From: Azolla caroliniana
Lineage: Eukaryota; Plantae; Polypodiophyta
Direction: 5' to 3'
Length of the DNA: 64,000 nucleotides
Assembly: GCA_043228905.1 (NCBI GenBank)
Contig: JBHGNT010000005.1
Coordinates: 12,524,001-12,588,000 of the forward strand
Position 1 is the stretch's first letter, and each line of letters begins with the position of its first letter. The position numbers and the translations under genes are program-made. The notes beneath the pieces are model-generated. The model did no database searches. It worked only from the letters and a program-made list of their open reading frames with translations, and was not told the DNA's origin. This document shows positions 1-13,239 of this stretch, one piece after another.

Positions 1-285
1 AAAACACTTAAGATAAGTTAATGTAATGGTAAGGTTGGGGTTTGTCAACGTGGAGGTGCAGAGTTCGAATCACGCCCTGCGCAGTAGTGAGTATTTCCTT
101 TTATTTTACTTTTATGTCTCTTTATCCGGCTCTTCCTTGCCGGTATGCCGTTTTCTTCCTTGCCGGTATGCCGTTTTCCTCCTTGCCGGTATGCCGTTTT
201 CTTCCGGTTCTCACCGAGCACTCCATTCTCTATCCGGAGAGACAAAAATATAATTTCCACATAGTGTGCAACCTACACTACGACA
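1..285 (-). mobile_element. Outer end of a Ty3/Gypsy LTR (same family as 16953-24317), truncated by the window edge
   Basis: Near-identical to the ends of LTRs 16953-17760 and 23497-24317 and ends in ...CACTACGACA. No PPT follows, so this is an element boundary. Confidence 0.93.
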
Positions 286-1419
286 ACGCAATTAGAGAGA
301 CCATTGGTGATGATGTTATCACGCCAACTCCGAAGCAAATCGTCGGTCCCACATGACATTATTAGGGCCGAGTTCACTCTACCCCCTATGTTAGTAGAAG
401 CACTTTTTCAACTGGTAGTCTTTATACACAGGATACATAACCAACCACTTGATAGAATATCCCACCAAGCCTTTAAGGCTTCTCGTGCATTGTATGAGTC
501 CGGCTATACTAGCTCATGGTATGGCATGATGGTGAGTTGGCTTCTTGCCAACGGTCTAGACATTACTAACCTCCCCCCCCTTAAGTACGACCACACGAAT
601 GATAACACTTTACTCTCTCATGAGGACCGTAATAAAGTAATACGCCAAGAAATATGGCAAATTTATACCCGGTATAAATGGATCACCCCACTAGAGCCAC
701 TCCCATCTAAAATGTCGTACTATAAGGAACACTTTATGCACTTCTCTGAGTTAGGTTTTATCACGCGCCCAAAATATCTAGATGTATTCTTACCACATGC
801 ACTAAGGGTTGCCATTGGTCAACTTAGAATATCATCTCACCAACTTGAGATTGAGAATGGACGTACTAATGGAGTCCCTAGGGAGGAAAGGATATGTAGG
901 TTATGCCACATAGAGATAGAGGATGAGTACCATTTTACATGCAAATGCCCCACCTATGCCGAGATAAGGGCAAAATACCAAGACATACTTGGTTCCTCTC
1001 CCACCCTCCCTAAACTATTAGATACACTAGATATAAAGAAATTAGGTAGATACATCTTAGAATTGAAACACCACAGAGAGAACAAATTACAAAACGTTGA
1101 TAATAATGTTGCTAATGTTTACCAACATATAACAAATGAAGTTTTTCAGGAACAGGGGGAGACAATGAATGTCGACACACCTGCACCACTCGGACTTCTC
1201 CTTGATGAAGCAGAAAATCAAAGAAGAACCAAACGCCCTCGGATGCCGGGTTTCAAAGCAACTCGACGAGATGTAGAAGCAATAAAGAAAATAAGGGAAC
1301 GTGAACTACACCGCCTAGAAGCCATGGCTAGGGCACTCTATGCATCGGGACCATGGGTCACACCCACACCAAAAACTTTTGACCTCCCACTTCTTTTTGA
1401 GAGACTTGGGTGGAAATGA
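286..1419 (+). pseudogene. C-terminal part of a non-LTR retrotransposon ORF2 (RTEX/L2-group-like, CCHC zinc finger), cut by the Gypsy LTR
   Basis: The frame is open from the LTR edge. The motif LRISSHQLEIENGR..REERICRLCHIEIEDEYHFTCKCPTY is typical of LINE C-termini. A simple-repeat tail follows. Confidence 0.75.
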
Positions 1420-1574
1420 GATTAGGCTTGGTGCAAAGTTTTGTACACTACTAGAACTTTCTTAGCTTAAGCTATTTTCTTTTATTTTTAGTTTTGATGA
1501 TTGGATAAACACTCATTTTTTGTTGTAACCTATTTGTCTCATGGGCCAAATTTGGCCTTAGAAGACGTTAATAT

Positions 1575-1653
1575 TTCTTTCTTTCTTTCTTTCTTTCTTT
1601 CTCTCTCTCTCTCTCTCTTCTTCTTCTTCTTCTTCGTCTTCTTCACTACTACT
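1575..1653. repeat. Compound microsatellite (TTTC)n(CT)n(TTC)n(ACT)n, possible LINE 3' tail
   Basis: Read directly from the sequence. Confidence 0.85.
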
Positions 1654-1860
1654 CACACTTACCAACCAACAACATCCAAATTAAATTATGTACATAGATA
1701 GTAAGTACATAGTAAGCGCATCGATCAATCAACCGATTTCTCGTGCCTCGTGCTTCCCTTGCCGAACGAACTCTCAACAACATGAGCCAAGCAAGCGGCT
1801 ACCCATCGCTTCATTTCCCTATGCTCTCCCTTTACCTGCTCTGCTGCCTGCTCTTAGGGA

Positions 1861-1983
1861 CACAAGAGTCTTCTCTTCTTCTCTTACCATCCATTCATGC
1901 ATGCACCCTCTATCCTCTCTCCACAAGAGTCTTCTCTTCTTCTCTTACCATCCATTCATGCATGCACCCTCTATCCTCTCTCT
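1861..1983. repeat. 61-bp tandem duplication
   Basis: CACAAGAGTC...CCTCTCT occurs at 1861 and 1922. Confidence 0.9.
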
Positions 1984-3275
1984 CTCTGCCCACACCCTTT
2001 TGTAGGATTGTGACAAATGTGGAACAAACGGTATCCAACTTCAAGACCTCCCATGTGTTGAAGATATATATATATATATGTCAACCTTGTCGATATGACT
2101 TCCTCTCATAGCATTTGTTTTGCATGTGTGCCCTCTCATCCATGCACAATTGCAATGGATGTTCATTTGCAGCTTGACACACCCCTCCTACGTTGGCATT
2201 AGCCAACCAACATATGCTAAAAGAACAATCCTTATTATACCTTGTCGCACCCTCACAACCTGACCCAAAAGTGTGGGTTCTCAATGTTGCACTAATGATT
2301 TCTCATTGAAGTTTTATGCAATGAAATCTATGCCAAGTTTTACTATATGAACTTGGCATAGATCATGTGATGTTGTGATAGCTCAAGATGGGGGGCAACA
2401 TAATGTTGCTTGTGATATTAAGGACGATCGTGCAAATTGGCACATGGTCCAATGTCAACAACCACGCATATCTTCATGCAACTTGTCTATAAACCTTCCA
2501 GGAAAAAAATAAAAATTGTAAGTCGAACACATGGAATAAGTTACTATTATGCATAAGAATCAATGTGCAATTTTGGGAGACTTGTCAATGCATAGAGATA
2601 TAGCGATGATACCAAATGAAGAACATTTACACAAGATGTGGTTCATGGGTTTGAATATCAAGGCGCCTGACATAAACAACTACCACTAGTCATTAACATT
2701 GTCCCAAAGAAGAATAAATAACGTGATAATATTGGCATAATAGTTTCACATCTCATTAAACATGTGCATTGATGATGGAGGGCGACAAATTAATGTTATC
2801 GTTCCCACTTATCATCATCAACCAACATAGTGCTTCGTGTTGTCCACTTGGTTAATGAGCTCCACAAGCTTCATTTCAAATGGTTACGTTTTTCCTATCA
2901 AAATTGGTTGACTTGATTTTTCCTTGCATGATTTTCATATCAAAATTGTTTGACTTGGTTACACTAAAATCTCAAACTAGCAACAAGTACAATTAGAAAA
3001 TTTTGCCCAGTCACATGCACATAGAGGGCAACCTATGGAAATGACGTAAGATCCCAATAGAAATTGCGGTTACAAAACAATGAACTACAATAGGTCTTCA
3101 TGATATAATCCATGCCATTACAAAGATGAACACAAACTGGACAATATCACACTTATGAAAATATTGTTACAAAGATTAACATGAGGCTAGAGAAAATCAC
3201 ATTTAGAAATAAGGGGTTGTCTAGTTTTTGCACTAATAGCACTTTAACTCCTTGATTTGCAAAGGAGCCCCTTAA

Positions 3276-3633
3276 TATCTTTATTCGAATAAGTGGAACA
3301 GAAAAGTATACAAAAACCTCGTTTTTTAGTTTCGTTGATACGAGGAACTTCGACATTTAGTTAGTTCAACATGTTGTTGACAGTGCTAAAGATGATTCTT
3401 CATTGTCAAATTTGAGCATTTTCACCCATTTTTTGTCCCAAATGGTTTTCAACTATCTTTATTCGAATAAGTGGAACAGAAAAAGTATACAAAAACCTCG
3501 TTTTTTAGTTTCGTTGATACGAGGAATTTCGACATTTAGTTAGTTCAACATGTTGTTGATAGTGCTAAAGATGATTCTTCATTGTCAAATTTGAGCATTT
3601 TCACCCATTTTTTGTCCCAAATGGTTTTCAACT
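3276..3633. repeat. ~178-bp near-perfect tandem duplication
   Basis: TATCTTTATTCGAATAAGTGG...GGTTTTCAACT starts at 3276 and again at 3454. Confidence 0.93.
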
Positions 3634-5467
3634 CGTGCTTTTGTGTTATTGGATGAATCATCCTTTGTTGCTACTTCACCCTTAAATTTTCTGACTTTAA
3701 TAAGCTCATTCAACAAAAATGACTATTATGTTGGGCCAAGAAGGTTTGGACTCTTGAGATTTTGATCATCGTGTTATTGGTAAAATGCTTCGAATTTTTG
3801 GGCTAGTGTGTTTTAGTTTATTATTAGAAGTGATAATGTTATTAACTAAATTATAAACCATTTTTATAACGAGCACAAAATCAAAGCCATTGCTCTTGAC
3901 TCAACCTTATTGTTTCAAAGCACAACTGTTAGCATAACATCATGTTAACGTATTTACATTCTAAAATCTAATAAGGTAATTGCATGACATTACAAGGAAG
4001 AATTTATGGAGATGCTATTAGTTTCTTGTATGAAGTAAAAAGGCATTGTATTGTTTCTTCATTCCCACATCCATTGATTTGGCATCATGAGAGAATTTGT
4101 CATGCAATTGTCATGCAAAGGTTCATGCATAAATTCAACTCCTTTACTATTATAATAAGATGCTTGTCGATTCATTTTTGGACAAGAGAATGTATGAGCT
4201 ATTATAATCATGATAATATTGTTCATATTGTTAGGATCACAATCAATGTTATGAATTAGTTTGCTTCCTTGGCTTTTTTGAAGATTCTAATCTAGGAGGA
4301 AGAAAGAGAAATAAGGCATCCTACGAAGAACATTTGTCACTTCAAAACTTCAACATAGATAAACTTTCATAGGAATTGATAGTTGGGTACTAAAACATTC
4401 AGAAACTACCAAATCGAAGGAATGTACAATACAATGTATAAAATGAAGAAATTTGCAACAATATAAAAAGGATTAGGCCCTTGAGTAGGGTTAGAGGCCA
4501 ACGTAGAAAGAAGGACAAAGTGTGGATTAGTATGACATTTAAAAATTTAAAGAGAGTTGTACATGCAAAAGTAAGGTGTTAATCCTCTAGCATTGGCTAG
4601 TTTATTAATTGTTCCATGGTGAAAAGATGATTCATTAAGCTTGGGTATAAGTTCCAAATAGTTATTTGGTATATCATTTTGTTAAATATCCATCATACGT
4701 CTCACCTTTTGTGCTGAAATATGGGGATCATACAATATGAGGTTATACCAAAGACATATAATTATTTTTTGGGTCATGACCTATTGTTGCAGGTCACCTG
4801 CAAGATATTGCCTACAATACGTAACTTGTAGCAGGTCATTGCAGTCATCCCACTATCCCACGGGCTAGGGCCAGGAAAAAATAAAATAAAATGAAAAAAG
4901 TTATTAGTTTATAAATAAATAAATTTGATATAATTTTATTTTTATTTAAAAGAAAAAAATAAAAGCAAAAGTGTTGCTTTATCCACACCAGATACAACTC
5001 CATTGTTATGGTGGTGTGTTGCGTGACCGATTTTGGGTGTTTTTTTATTGTTGGATTTATGATGCTTTTATTTTTATTCACTAAAATTTTGATTGTGCAT
5101 TTTTATTAATATCTACTTTTATTCAATTATTTATTTTGTCGACCTAGAAGATGTATATATGTATTACTAATAATTAGGTAATTAACTACAAGTTAATTAG
5201 TGTCTAATTATGTAAGTAGTTGATCACGTTGTCGTGAAGGATTCCGGCCATAGGGAGAAAAAGGGCCGGATGCGTGTGAACGAGGGCGTGGAAGGATGCA
5301 CACAAATGAGGCCTACAATGTACATAAAACAATTGTAATTATTATAGGACTAATAAGTACTAGGCAATATGACTTAGATGGGAATGAAACATGTGCGGGG
5401 AGGAAAACGAGGAGGGAATTGCAGGCATAATCGACTGTCTTGATGTATGATGCAACGGCCTCCCCTT

Positions 5468-6628
5468 TGAAGAAAAAATAATGTACTATATGAAGAAAAA
5501 ATAATGATGGGCTACAACTGAGTCCCAATCACATGATGCAAGAAACAGAAAACAGAAATAAGACGACATGGAATATTAACGTGGAAAACCCTAATTGGGA
5601 AAAACCAAGGGAGTTCTCTGAACTCCGAACAAGATCACTATAGAGGAGAGGTAAAACAATGTGAGACTCAGAGGCAACGACCTCGAGCTCTTTCCTTCAC
5701 CAACAGACGGTTACAACAACAAAGCTTTCTATCTATCTATCTCTCTCTCTCTCTTTATGTCTCTCATTGTACAACAATGACTCACACCCACTAACAATAT
5801 TGCCCTAATTATATTTATACTCATATAACTTTAGGGTTATTTACAAATGTGACCTCAGTTGTCATGTTGGAACATGTATATATATTAATATGTCTGGCCG
5901 GTGGATGGATCCGGTTTCCGGATATCTTCCGGATCCATCCAGTCCGGTTCCTTCCTTCGGCTCGTCTGATCCGGCACGTCTTCTTCTCATCTGGATCCCA
6001 TTCTAAGGGACCAAATTCCCAATAAACTCCCCCTTCCCTCCGTCATGGGATGTATTGTCAATCCGATCCATCTCCAACACAGGTCCAGCTTCTCAGCTGA
6101 CAACGCCTTAGTCAGCATGTCCGACCCGTTCTCCTCCGTATCGATCCGACCAACTTCACATCCGCCATGTTGAATCATTGGAGCACCTTCGTCACACACT
6201 TCTCTTGTGACAGCCACAATAGCTTCTTCGTCCGGTCCCGGACTATGTGCATCCCCAAGATCTGTCTCTCCGGACCCATATCTTTCATTGAGAAGGACTG
6301 GCTCAGTCAGAGCCTTCTTCAACATTCCGATTTTGATACGGTTTCGTTCGACGATCAACATGTCGTCCACATACAACATTAGTATCAGGAAGTCTCCTCC
6401 GTTGAACTTCTTCATGAACACACAATGGTCCACCTGCATCTTGTGGTATCCTTGGTCGATCATGAAGGAGTCGAACTTCCGGTACCATTGCCGGGGAGCT
6501 TGTTTCAGTCCATATAAGCTCTTCTTCAACCGGGACACCAAGTTTTCCTTCCCTTTCTTGACAAATCCCCCTAGTTGTTGCATGTAGATCTCTTCTTTGA
6601 GGTCACCGTGCAGGAATGTTGTCTTGAC
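5468..6628 (-). mobile_element. Degenerate Ty1/Copia fragment: 3' LTR (left boundary approximate, to ~6024) plus RT remnant with most of RNase H deleted
   Basis: FLHGDL..IYMQQ, LKKSLYGLKQAPRQW and YVDD motifs; ENGSDMLTK is fused after a deletion at ~6140. A PPT (AACTCCCCCTTC on +) and LTR motifs shared with the other Copia LTRs are present. Confidence 0.8.
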
Positions 6629-7080
6629 GTTAGACGACCTCAACGAACAAAAAGAGGCCACTACACGGACTGAACAAACGCTCGAGGAACTGAGGGAGGC
6701 TAAGACGAAGCAAAAGGAGTGGTACGAGGAGCAGATGGCAGTTGAAAGCAAATTGGCGGAGGAAATACAATCCCGAATGCGGCAAGAAATGGCACGTATG
6801 GAGGAGTTGCACGAGAAAGAATTAAAAATCTTGCAGACGAACATGGGTCTCATTCAATACCACTACGCCATTCAATCGGGATGCGTTGCAAGTACGATTA
6901 AGAAACTTGAGGAAACCATACAACACATGCGGACACAAACAAAGATGTCTGCAGAAAGGATCTAGATGTTGCTCGCCAATTGGAAGGAATTAGCCATCAA
7001 CGTGATTTTTGACAAGGTGCAATGCGGATGTGAGGACTGGTTTGTGCAAGTAGCCAAACTCCACATTTTGACGAGAAATA
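6629..7080 (+). other. Orphan coiled-coil-like reading frame fragment between two Copia pieces
   Basis: E/K/Q-rich frame with one TAG at 6963-6965; the frame stays open after it until the next LTR. Confidence 0.45.
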
Positions 7081-7346
7081 TGTGGAATAATCTCCGGCCA
7101 CAACCGTAGCGTAGATCACTTGATGACAATCAAACAAGAAGAAATGGGAATGGAGGTAAGTACGCAAACAGAAAAGAGAATACACAGGATGTTAACGTGG
7201 AAAACCCAGAGAGGGAAAAAACCACGGGAGTTCACAGACTCCAAACTATCACTATGTCAAGGAGTACAATAGGGAGCATAGAGGCAACGACCTCTTGCTC
7301 ACAATCTTCGCTTGGCGGCGGTTACAACAGAGACATGCTCTGTATT

Positions 7347-7390
<44 letters not shown>

Positions 7391-10300
7391 CAGTCGTTAC
7401 ACCAATTACGCTATACAAAGATAATAATAGCAACAATCGTATCCATACTATTTGCCCTAGGTCACATTTATACTAATATGACATTAGAACTATTTACAGA
7501 TATAGCCCCAATGGGCTCTTAGAAACATATCTACATATATGTCCCTTCACTCGGTGAGAGGTTCTCACCGAGCTTGCAACATCTGGTTCTCATCGGGTCT
7601 TCCTTGCCGGGTACTCGTCATCCGGTTCTCACTGGGTCTGCATCATCCGGTTCTGGGTACTCCACATTCGGTTCTCACCGGGTCTTCTGATGTTGGGCCT
7701 TCGTATCCCATCCGGAGGGACCGAGATCCTAACAAAATCCCCCTTCACTCTCGCATGGGATGCCTCGTCAATCCGATCCGCTTCCAGCATGCGTCTAGCT
7801 TGTCGGGCGCCAGCACCTTGGTCAGCATATCCGACCCGTTCTCCTTCGTGTGGATCTTCGTCAACACGAACTCTCAGTCTTCTACTCGCTCCCGAATCCA
7901 GTGGTGCCTCCACTGGATGTGCTTCATCTTGGAATGATACGCTGCGTTCTTCACAAGGTGGATGGCACTTTGACTGTCGCAATAGAGCTAGTATTCCTCT
8001 TGCCGGACCCCTAGCTCTTCGATGAAGTCCTTCATCCATAGTATTTCCTTGCCAGCTTCCACAACCGCCATGTACTCCGCTTCCGTGGTTGACAACGCAA
8101 CCGTCTTCTGCAGCCTCGATTGCCACAAAACAGCTCCCCTCGCATATGTCATGACATATCCAGATGTTGACCGGTTGGTATCCGCATCAACCAACATATC
8201 CGAATCGGTGAAATCGTCAAGTTGGGGTTTACCGGAGCTGAATCGGAGACACATACTTGAGGTGCCTTTCAAGTATCGGAGTATCCATTTTATTGCATTC
8301 TAGTGCTCCTTGCCGGGATTGCTCATAAATCGGCTCACCACTCCGACTGCATATACGATATCCGGTCGGGTACACACCATTGCGTACATTAGGCTCCCGA
8401 CAGCAGAGGCATATGGTATCTTCATCATATCCGCCTTCTCTGCCTTCGTCTTCGGGCTTTGCTTATTGGATAACCTGCAGTTTGCCGGAAGTGTCGATCT
8501 GACCGGTTTCACATCTGACATGTTGAACCGCTGAAGCACCTTTGTCACGTACTTCTCCTGTGACAGCCACAATTGCTTCGTTGGCCGGTCCCGGATGATA
8601 TGCATCCCCAACATCTATCTTGTTGGACCCAAGTCTTTCATTGAGAAGGTCCGGTTCAGGGCCTTTTTCAGCATTCGTATCTTGACTTGGTCTCGTTCGA
8701 CGATCAACATGTCGTCCACGTACAAGAGGAGTATCAAGAAGTCTCCACCTTCGAACATCTTCACAAATACGCAGTGATCGGCCTACGTCTTGTGGTACCC
8801 TTGATCGGTCATGAAGGAGTCGAACTTCCGGTACCATTGTTGGGGAGCCTGCTTCAACCCGTAGAGGCTCTTTTTTAACCGACAAACCAGGTGCTCCTTC
8901 CCTTTCTTCACAAATTCCTCTGGTTGCTGCATGTAGATCTCCTCTTCGAGGTCGCCGTGGAGGAACACCATCTTCACGTCTAATTGCTCTACCTCGAGGT
9001 CTAGGCTTGCCGCTATGCTCAGCACCGTCCGGATGGAAGTCATTTTTACTACCAAGGCTAATATCTCGTCGAAGTCCATGCCCTTCTTCTGCTGGAACCC
9101 CTTCACCATGATCCTGGCTTTGTACCTTGGAGGGTTGCCGACATCTCCCGGTTTCAACTTGTACACCCACTTGTTTCGGAATGCCCTCTTTCCTTTCAGC
9201 AACTCCACCAATTCATATGTGTGGTTCTCATGCAGGGAATCCATATCGTCTTGCATGGCACTCAACCACTTGCCACTATGTGTCATCCTTTGCTTCTTCG
9301 AAGCTTTCCGGTTCCCCCTCATCGGTCAGCAGCACATGCTCTGCATCCGGAAATCTCTGGGGGGCCCTTCTCTCTCTGAGAGGATATCTCCGTCTTTGGC
9401 TTTCGGCAACCGGCTCCTCTATTTGTTCTTCATCCGAATCCGATTCGGGGTCTTGGCCGGTTCCGGTTTTAGCTTCCTCTACTTCTTCTTTTGTCGGTTT
9501 GGTATCCTCACCGTAACCGGCTGGTTCCTCGAGTGTCAACCGGCTCTTAGCCGGGTGGGTCCGAATCTCATCGGAGTTCATTATTTCTTCTCCAACTCCC
9601 GGTCGACAAGAGTCTTGTCCTCCATGAAGATAATATCTCGGTTCCGGAAAACCTTCTTGTCAACCGGATCCCACACTCGGTAGCCGAACTCATCATCGCC
9701 GTATCCGAGGAATATGCATGGCCGGGTCTTTGGATCTAACTTTCCTCTTCGGTCCTTAGCAACATGCACGTACGCGAGACACCCGAACACCTTCAAATGC
9801 CGGTAGGAAACTTCCTTACCGGTCCAGACTCTCTGTGGCATGTCTCCATCCAAGGGCACTAAGGGTGATCTGTTTATCACATACGTCATTGTCGATAGCG
9901 CCTCAGCCCAAAACGTCTTGGGTAATTTTGCATGTGCCATCAAACTCCAGACCCTCTCCATTATAGTCCGGTTCATCCTCTCGGCCAACCCGTTTAGTTC
10001 CGGCGTCTTCGGCACGGTAAATTTGAGCCGGATTCCCTTCGACCGGTAGTACTCCTCGAACTGCCCCCGGTATTCACCTCCGTTATCTGCTCAAACCGCC
10101 TTCAGCTTCCGGCCAGTTTCTCTTTCCACTCTCGCGTGGAGATCTTTGAAGACGGATAGCACCTGATCCTTAATCTTCAATGGTGTGGCCCACAACTTCC
10201 GGCTGTGGTCATCTATGAACGTCACGAAGTACTGTGCTCCGGCATGTGACTTCGTGTCTACTTGACACACATCCGTATGCACCAACTCCAGTGGTGGATT

Positions 10301-12517
10301 ACGTCTCATCGGTGGCCTTGGTCGGAAGGAGGTCCGGTTCTGCTTACCGGCCAGACAATCAGTGCACTTCTCTAAGTGCACGTTCTTCACTGGAATGAGG
10401 TTGTCATCTGCAAGCCTCTTCATCCCCTTCTCGCTCATATGACACAGCCTCTTGTGCCATAGCTCACCGGCAGTGTTGGATGCCACGTTCACTTCTTTCG
10501 GACATAACCGGGCATTCATCAGGTACAGAGTGTTTACCTTCCGGGCCCGAGCCACAATCAGGCTCCCTTTGCTGAACTTCATGACGCCGTTCCGGATGCT
10601 ACCCGTGTAGCCCTCATCATCTAGCCGACCGGCTGATATCAGGTTCAGTCAAACCTCCGGAACGTGTCGTACATCCTTTAGCAGCAACTTGCATCCGGTT
10701 GGTGTCGACAGCCACACGTCTCCTATGCCGACAATTCGGCATGTCCCTTCATTCCCCATCCGGACACAGCCGTGATCACCGGCTGAGTAGGATGAGAAGC
10801 ATTTCCGGTCCGGGGTAAGGTGGAACGACGCTCCGGAGTCTACAACCCAGGTCATCTCGTCGCCGGCAAGGTTTATCTCACTCTCCTCGGTGATGAGCAT
10901 CAACTCTTCTTCACTTGCCACGATTGCCGTCGCCGCCTTCCGGTCCTGCCCCCTCCGGTCTTTACCGTTTCGGTCCGGTGTTCGCTTCAAATCGGTACCG
11001 TCGGTTTCCTTGTCTTTCCGGAAATGCCGACAGTTCTTCTGGAAGTGTCCCGGCTTGCCGCAATAGAAGCAAGTAGGCCTCCCCCTTGACATTGACCGTG
11101 TCCCCGACTTCTCCTGGTTCTGGGGACTACGATTCCTTCGTCTTCCTCGTTCCGATTCGGTAAGGAGCGCTTTGGAGTCGGAGCTCATATCCTTATCTTT
11201 CCGACGTGCCTCCTCATCTAGCAAGCTTGACTTCACTCTTGCTAGGGATAACCGTTTCCCTTTCGGCCCATCGTTGCCCAAGGTGACAACCAACGTCTCC
11301 CAGCTATCCGAGAGGGAACCGAGCAGGAGTAGCGCTAGTACCTCATAGGCGAGAGGTACTTCCAAAGATGTTGTCTGGTGGATCAGCCCTTGGAAGGCAT
11401 TCATGTGCTCCGCCATGCTGGAGCCATCTTGGTACCGAAGTCTTACTAGCTTCCGGAATACCGAAACCTGATTAACAACATTTTTGTTCTGAAACATAAT
11501 GCCGATCTTCTCCCAGAGCTCATGAGCCTTGCTCTCTTCATTGAAGTTGTTGTATAGACTCATGTCGATGAAGCACCGTATGTACGTTGTCGTCTTCATG
11601 TGCATCGTGGTGTCAATTTTGTCCGGTCTCTTGTCCCCGAACTGAACCGGGAACCAAAGATCTTTAACCACGAGCATGTCCCTCATCTTCGACTTCCACA
11701 CCGAATAGTTGGAGCCGGTGAGCTTGAACATACCTCCCAACGAATCATCCATTTTCTGTTTTGTTTTGCTCTGATACCACTTTGACAGGAACTGCTCGAT
11801 CCCTATGCGCAACGCGCAACCACAACCGAGCTTAGAATCATACACAGAAAATGGGAAATGAAAGCACGACACAATGGAGAGAAGAGTAGACAGGATGTTT
11901 ACGTGGAAAACCCCAAACACGGGGAAAAACTACGGCAGTCCACTAACTGCTAACTATCACTATGTAACAATAATTACAACAGTGAGCTCACGGAGGCAAC
12001 GACCTCGTGCTCACGATCTTCGCCACAGGCAACGGTTACAACAGAGGCAATCACCTCTTCCTCTCTCTGTCTCTGTCTCTGTACACTGTTGCGCTCTAAT
12101 CTTGCGCTAACAAGAATGACAGCAACTCTCACACACTATATGACAAAAGTTTGCCCTAAGTCATATTTATACTAATATGACTTTTCGGCTATTTACAAAT
12201 ATAGCCACGATGGACACTCAGAAACATATTTACGAATATGTCTCTTCATCCGGTGAGCACTCCTCACCGGGCCTGCATCATCCGGCGCTTGCCGGGTACT
12301 CGTCATCCGGTTCTCACCGGGTCTTCCGTTTCTGGGTACTCCTAATCCGATTCTCACCGGGTCTGCACCATCCGGCTCTCCGTAGCCGGGTACTCGTCAT
12401 CCGGTTCTCACTGGGTCTTCCGTAGTTGGGTATCCTCATCCGGTTTCGGCCTCGGCCGAGTTTGCTCATCAGTATTGTTCTTCTCACTTCCCATCCGGAG
12501 GGATCTGTTTCCTAACC
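7081..12517 (-). mobile_element. Chimeric Ty1/Copia (Tnt1/Tork-like): 3' LTR ~7081-7734, internal 7735-11782, 5' LTR 11783-12517; the LTRs do not match each other
   Basis: gag-PR-INT-RT-RH order with many stops and frameshifts. PBS TGGTATCAGAGC at 11768-11779 and a PPT next to 7735. Confidence 0.9.
7744..11753 (-). pseudogene. Disrupted Copia gag-pol
   Basis: CFYCGKPGHFQKNC knuckle, DSGAS protease, LWHKRLCH GAG-pre-integrase, HTDVC/NGLAERMNRT integrase, RT and RNase H motifs, spread over several frames. Confidence 0.9.
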
Positions 12518-13239
12518 GTTAGAAGATGTGCACCTAACACTCTCTAGAGAGAAATCGACATTCGAGCAAGAAGAGATATTGGTAGTCAGACATCTATGTG
12601 GACCCTACGGCCAGAGACCGTCACCAGTCAAGATCGATGCGATTCAAGCTATGAAAGAAATATGCGAGTCACAATCTGAAGTCCATAGGTTTCTTGGTGA
12701 AGGTGCATTTTGTCACATATGGATTCCGCACTATGCACACATGGCAGACCCACTCTATCACTTGTTGCATAAGGTTAAGAAGTTCGAATGGAGACCGGAA
12801 CATATCAAAGCCATGAGGAAGTCCAAGAAAACACTACACAGGGTAGAAGCACTTAAAAAGCCGTACTATGACCGACCGATCATGGCTATGGAGGAAAACA
12901 TGTTCTACAATATGCCAATTTCTCTTGGAAGAAGTGTTCTGCAAGTACGGGTGTGTAGGACAAGTGATTGCAAATCGGGGAGAACTTGACTCCGATAAGG
13001 CTAGGGAATTCTTCGCCAAACATGGAGTTCGGTTGACACTAACCATGGCATACAATCCAAACGCAAACCGGAAGATCGAACAAGGACATAGTCCAATCGT
13101 AAAAGCACTTGCAAAAGCATGTGGCGGAAGGGTGAAGAATTGGCCATAGATGCTTCCGTATCCACTATGGGCGGATCGTACAACGCATAGTTCCGTGACC
13201 AGTTATATGCGAACGGAACTTATGACTGGACAAGCTCCG
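12518..13239 (+). mobile_element. Inverted fragment of Gypsy copy B pol (RT end fused to INT core by an internal deletion at ~12885)
   Basis: LEDVHLTLS...KPYYDRPI followed by RKTC..CQFLLEEVF..ELMTGQAP, homologous to 17748-21284. Confidence 0.9.

Noticed and set aside
26-356. Short ORFs in the Gypsy LTR (also at 17497, 24054 and 42995)
   Set aside because: They arise from 23-bp repeats, and their frames change with poly-T length between copies.
2300-5200. Possible ancient DNA-transposon (SWIM/MULE-like) remnant; CACDWA-like motif on minus near 3000-3030
   Set aside because: Too degenerate, with no continuous frame or termini identifiable by eye.
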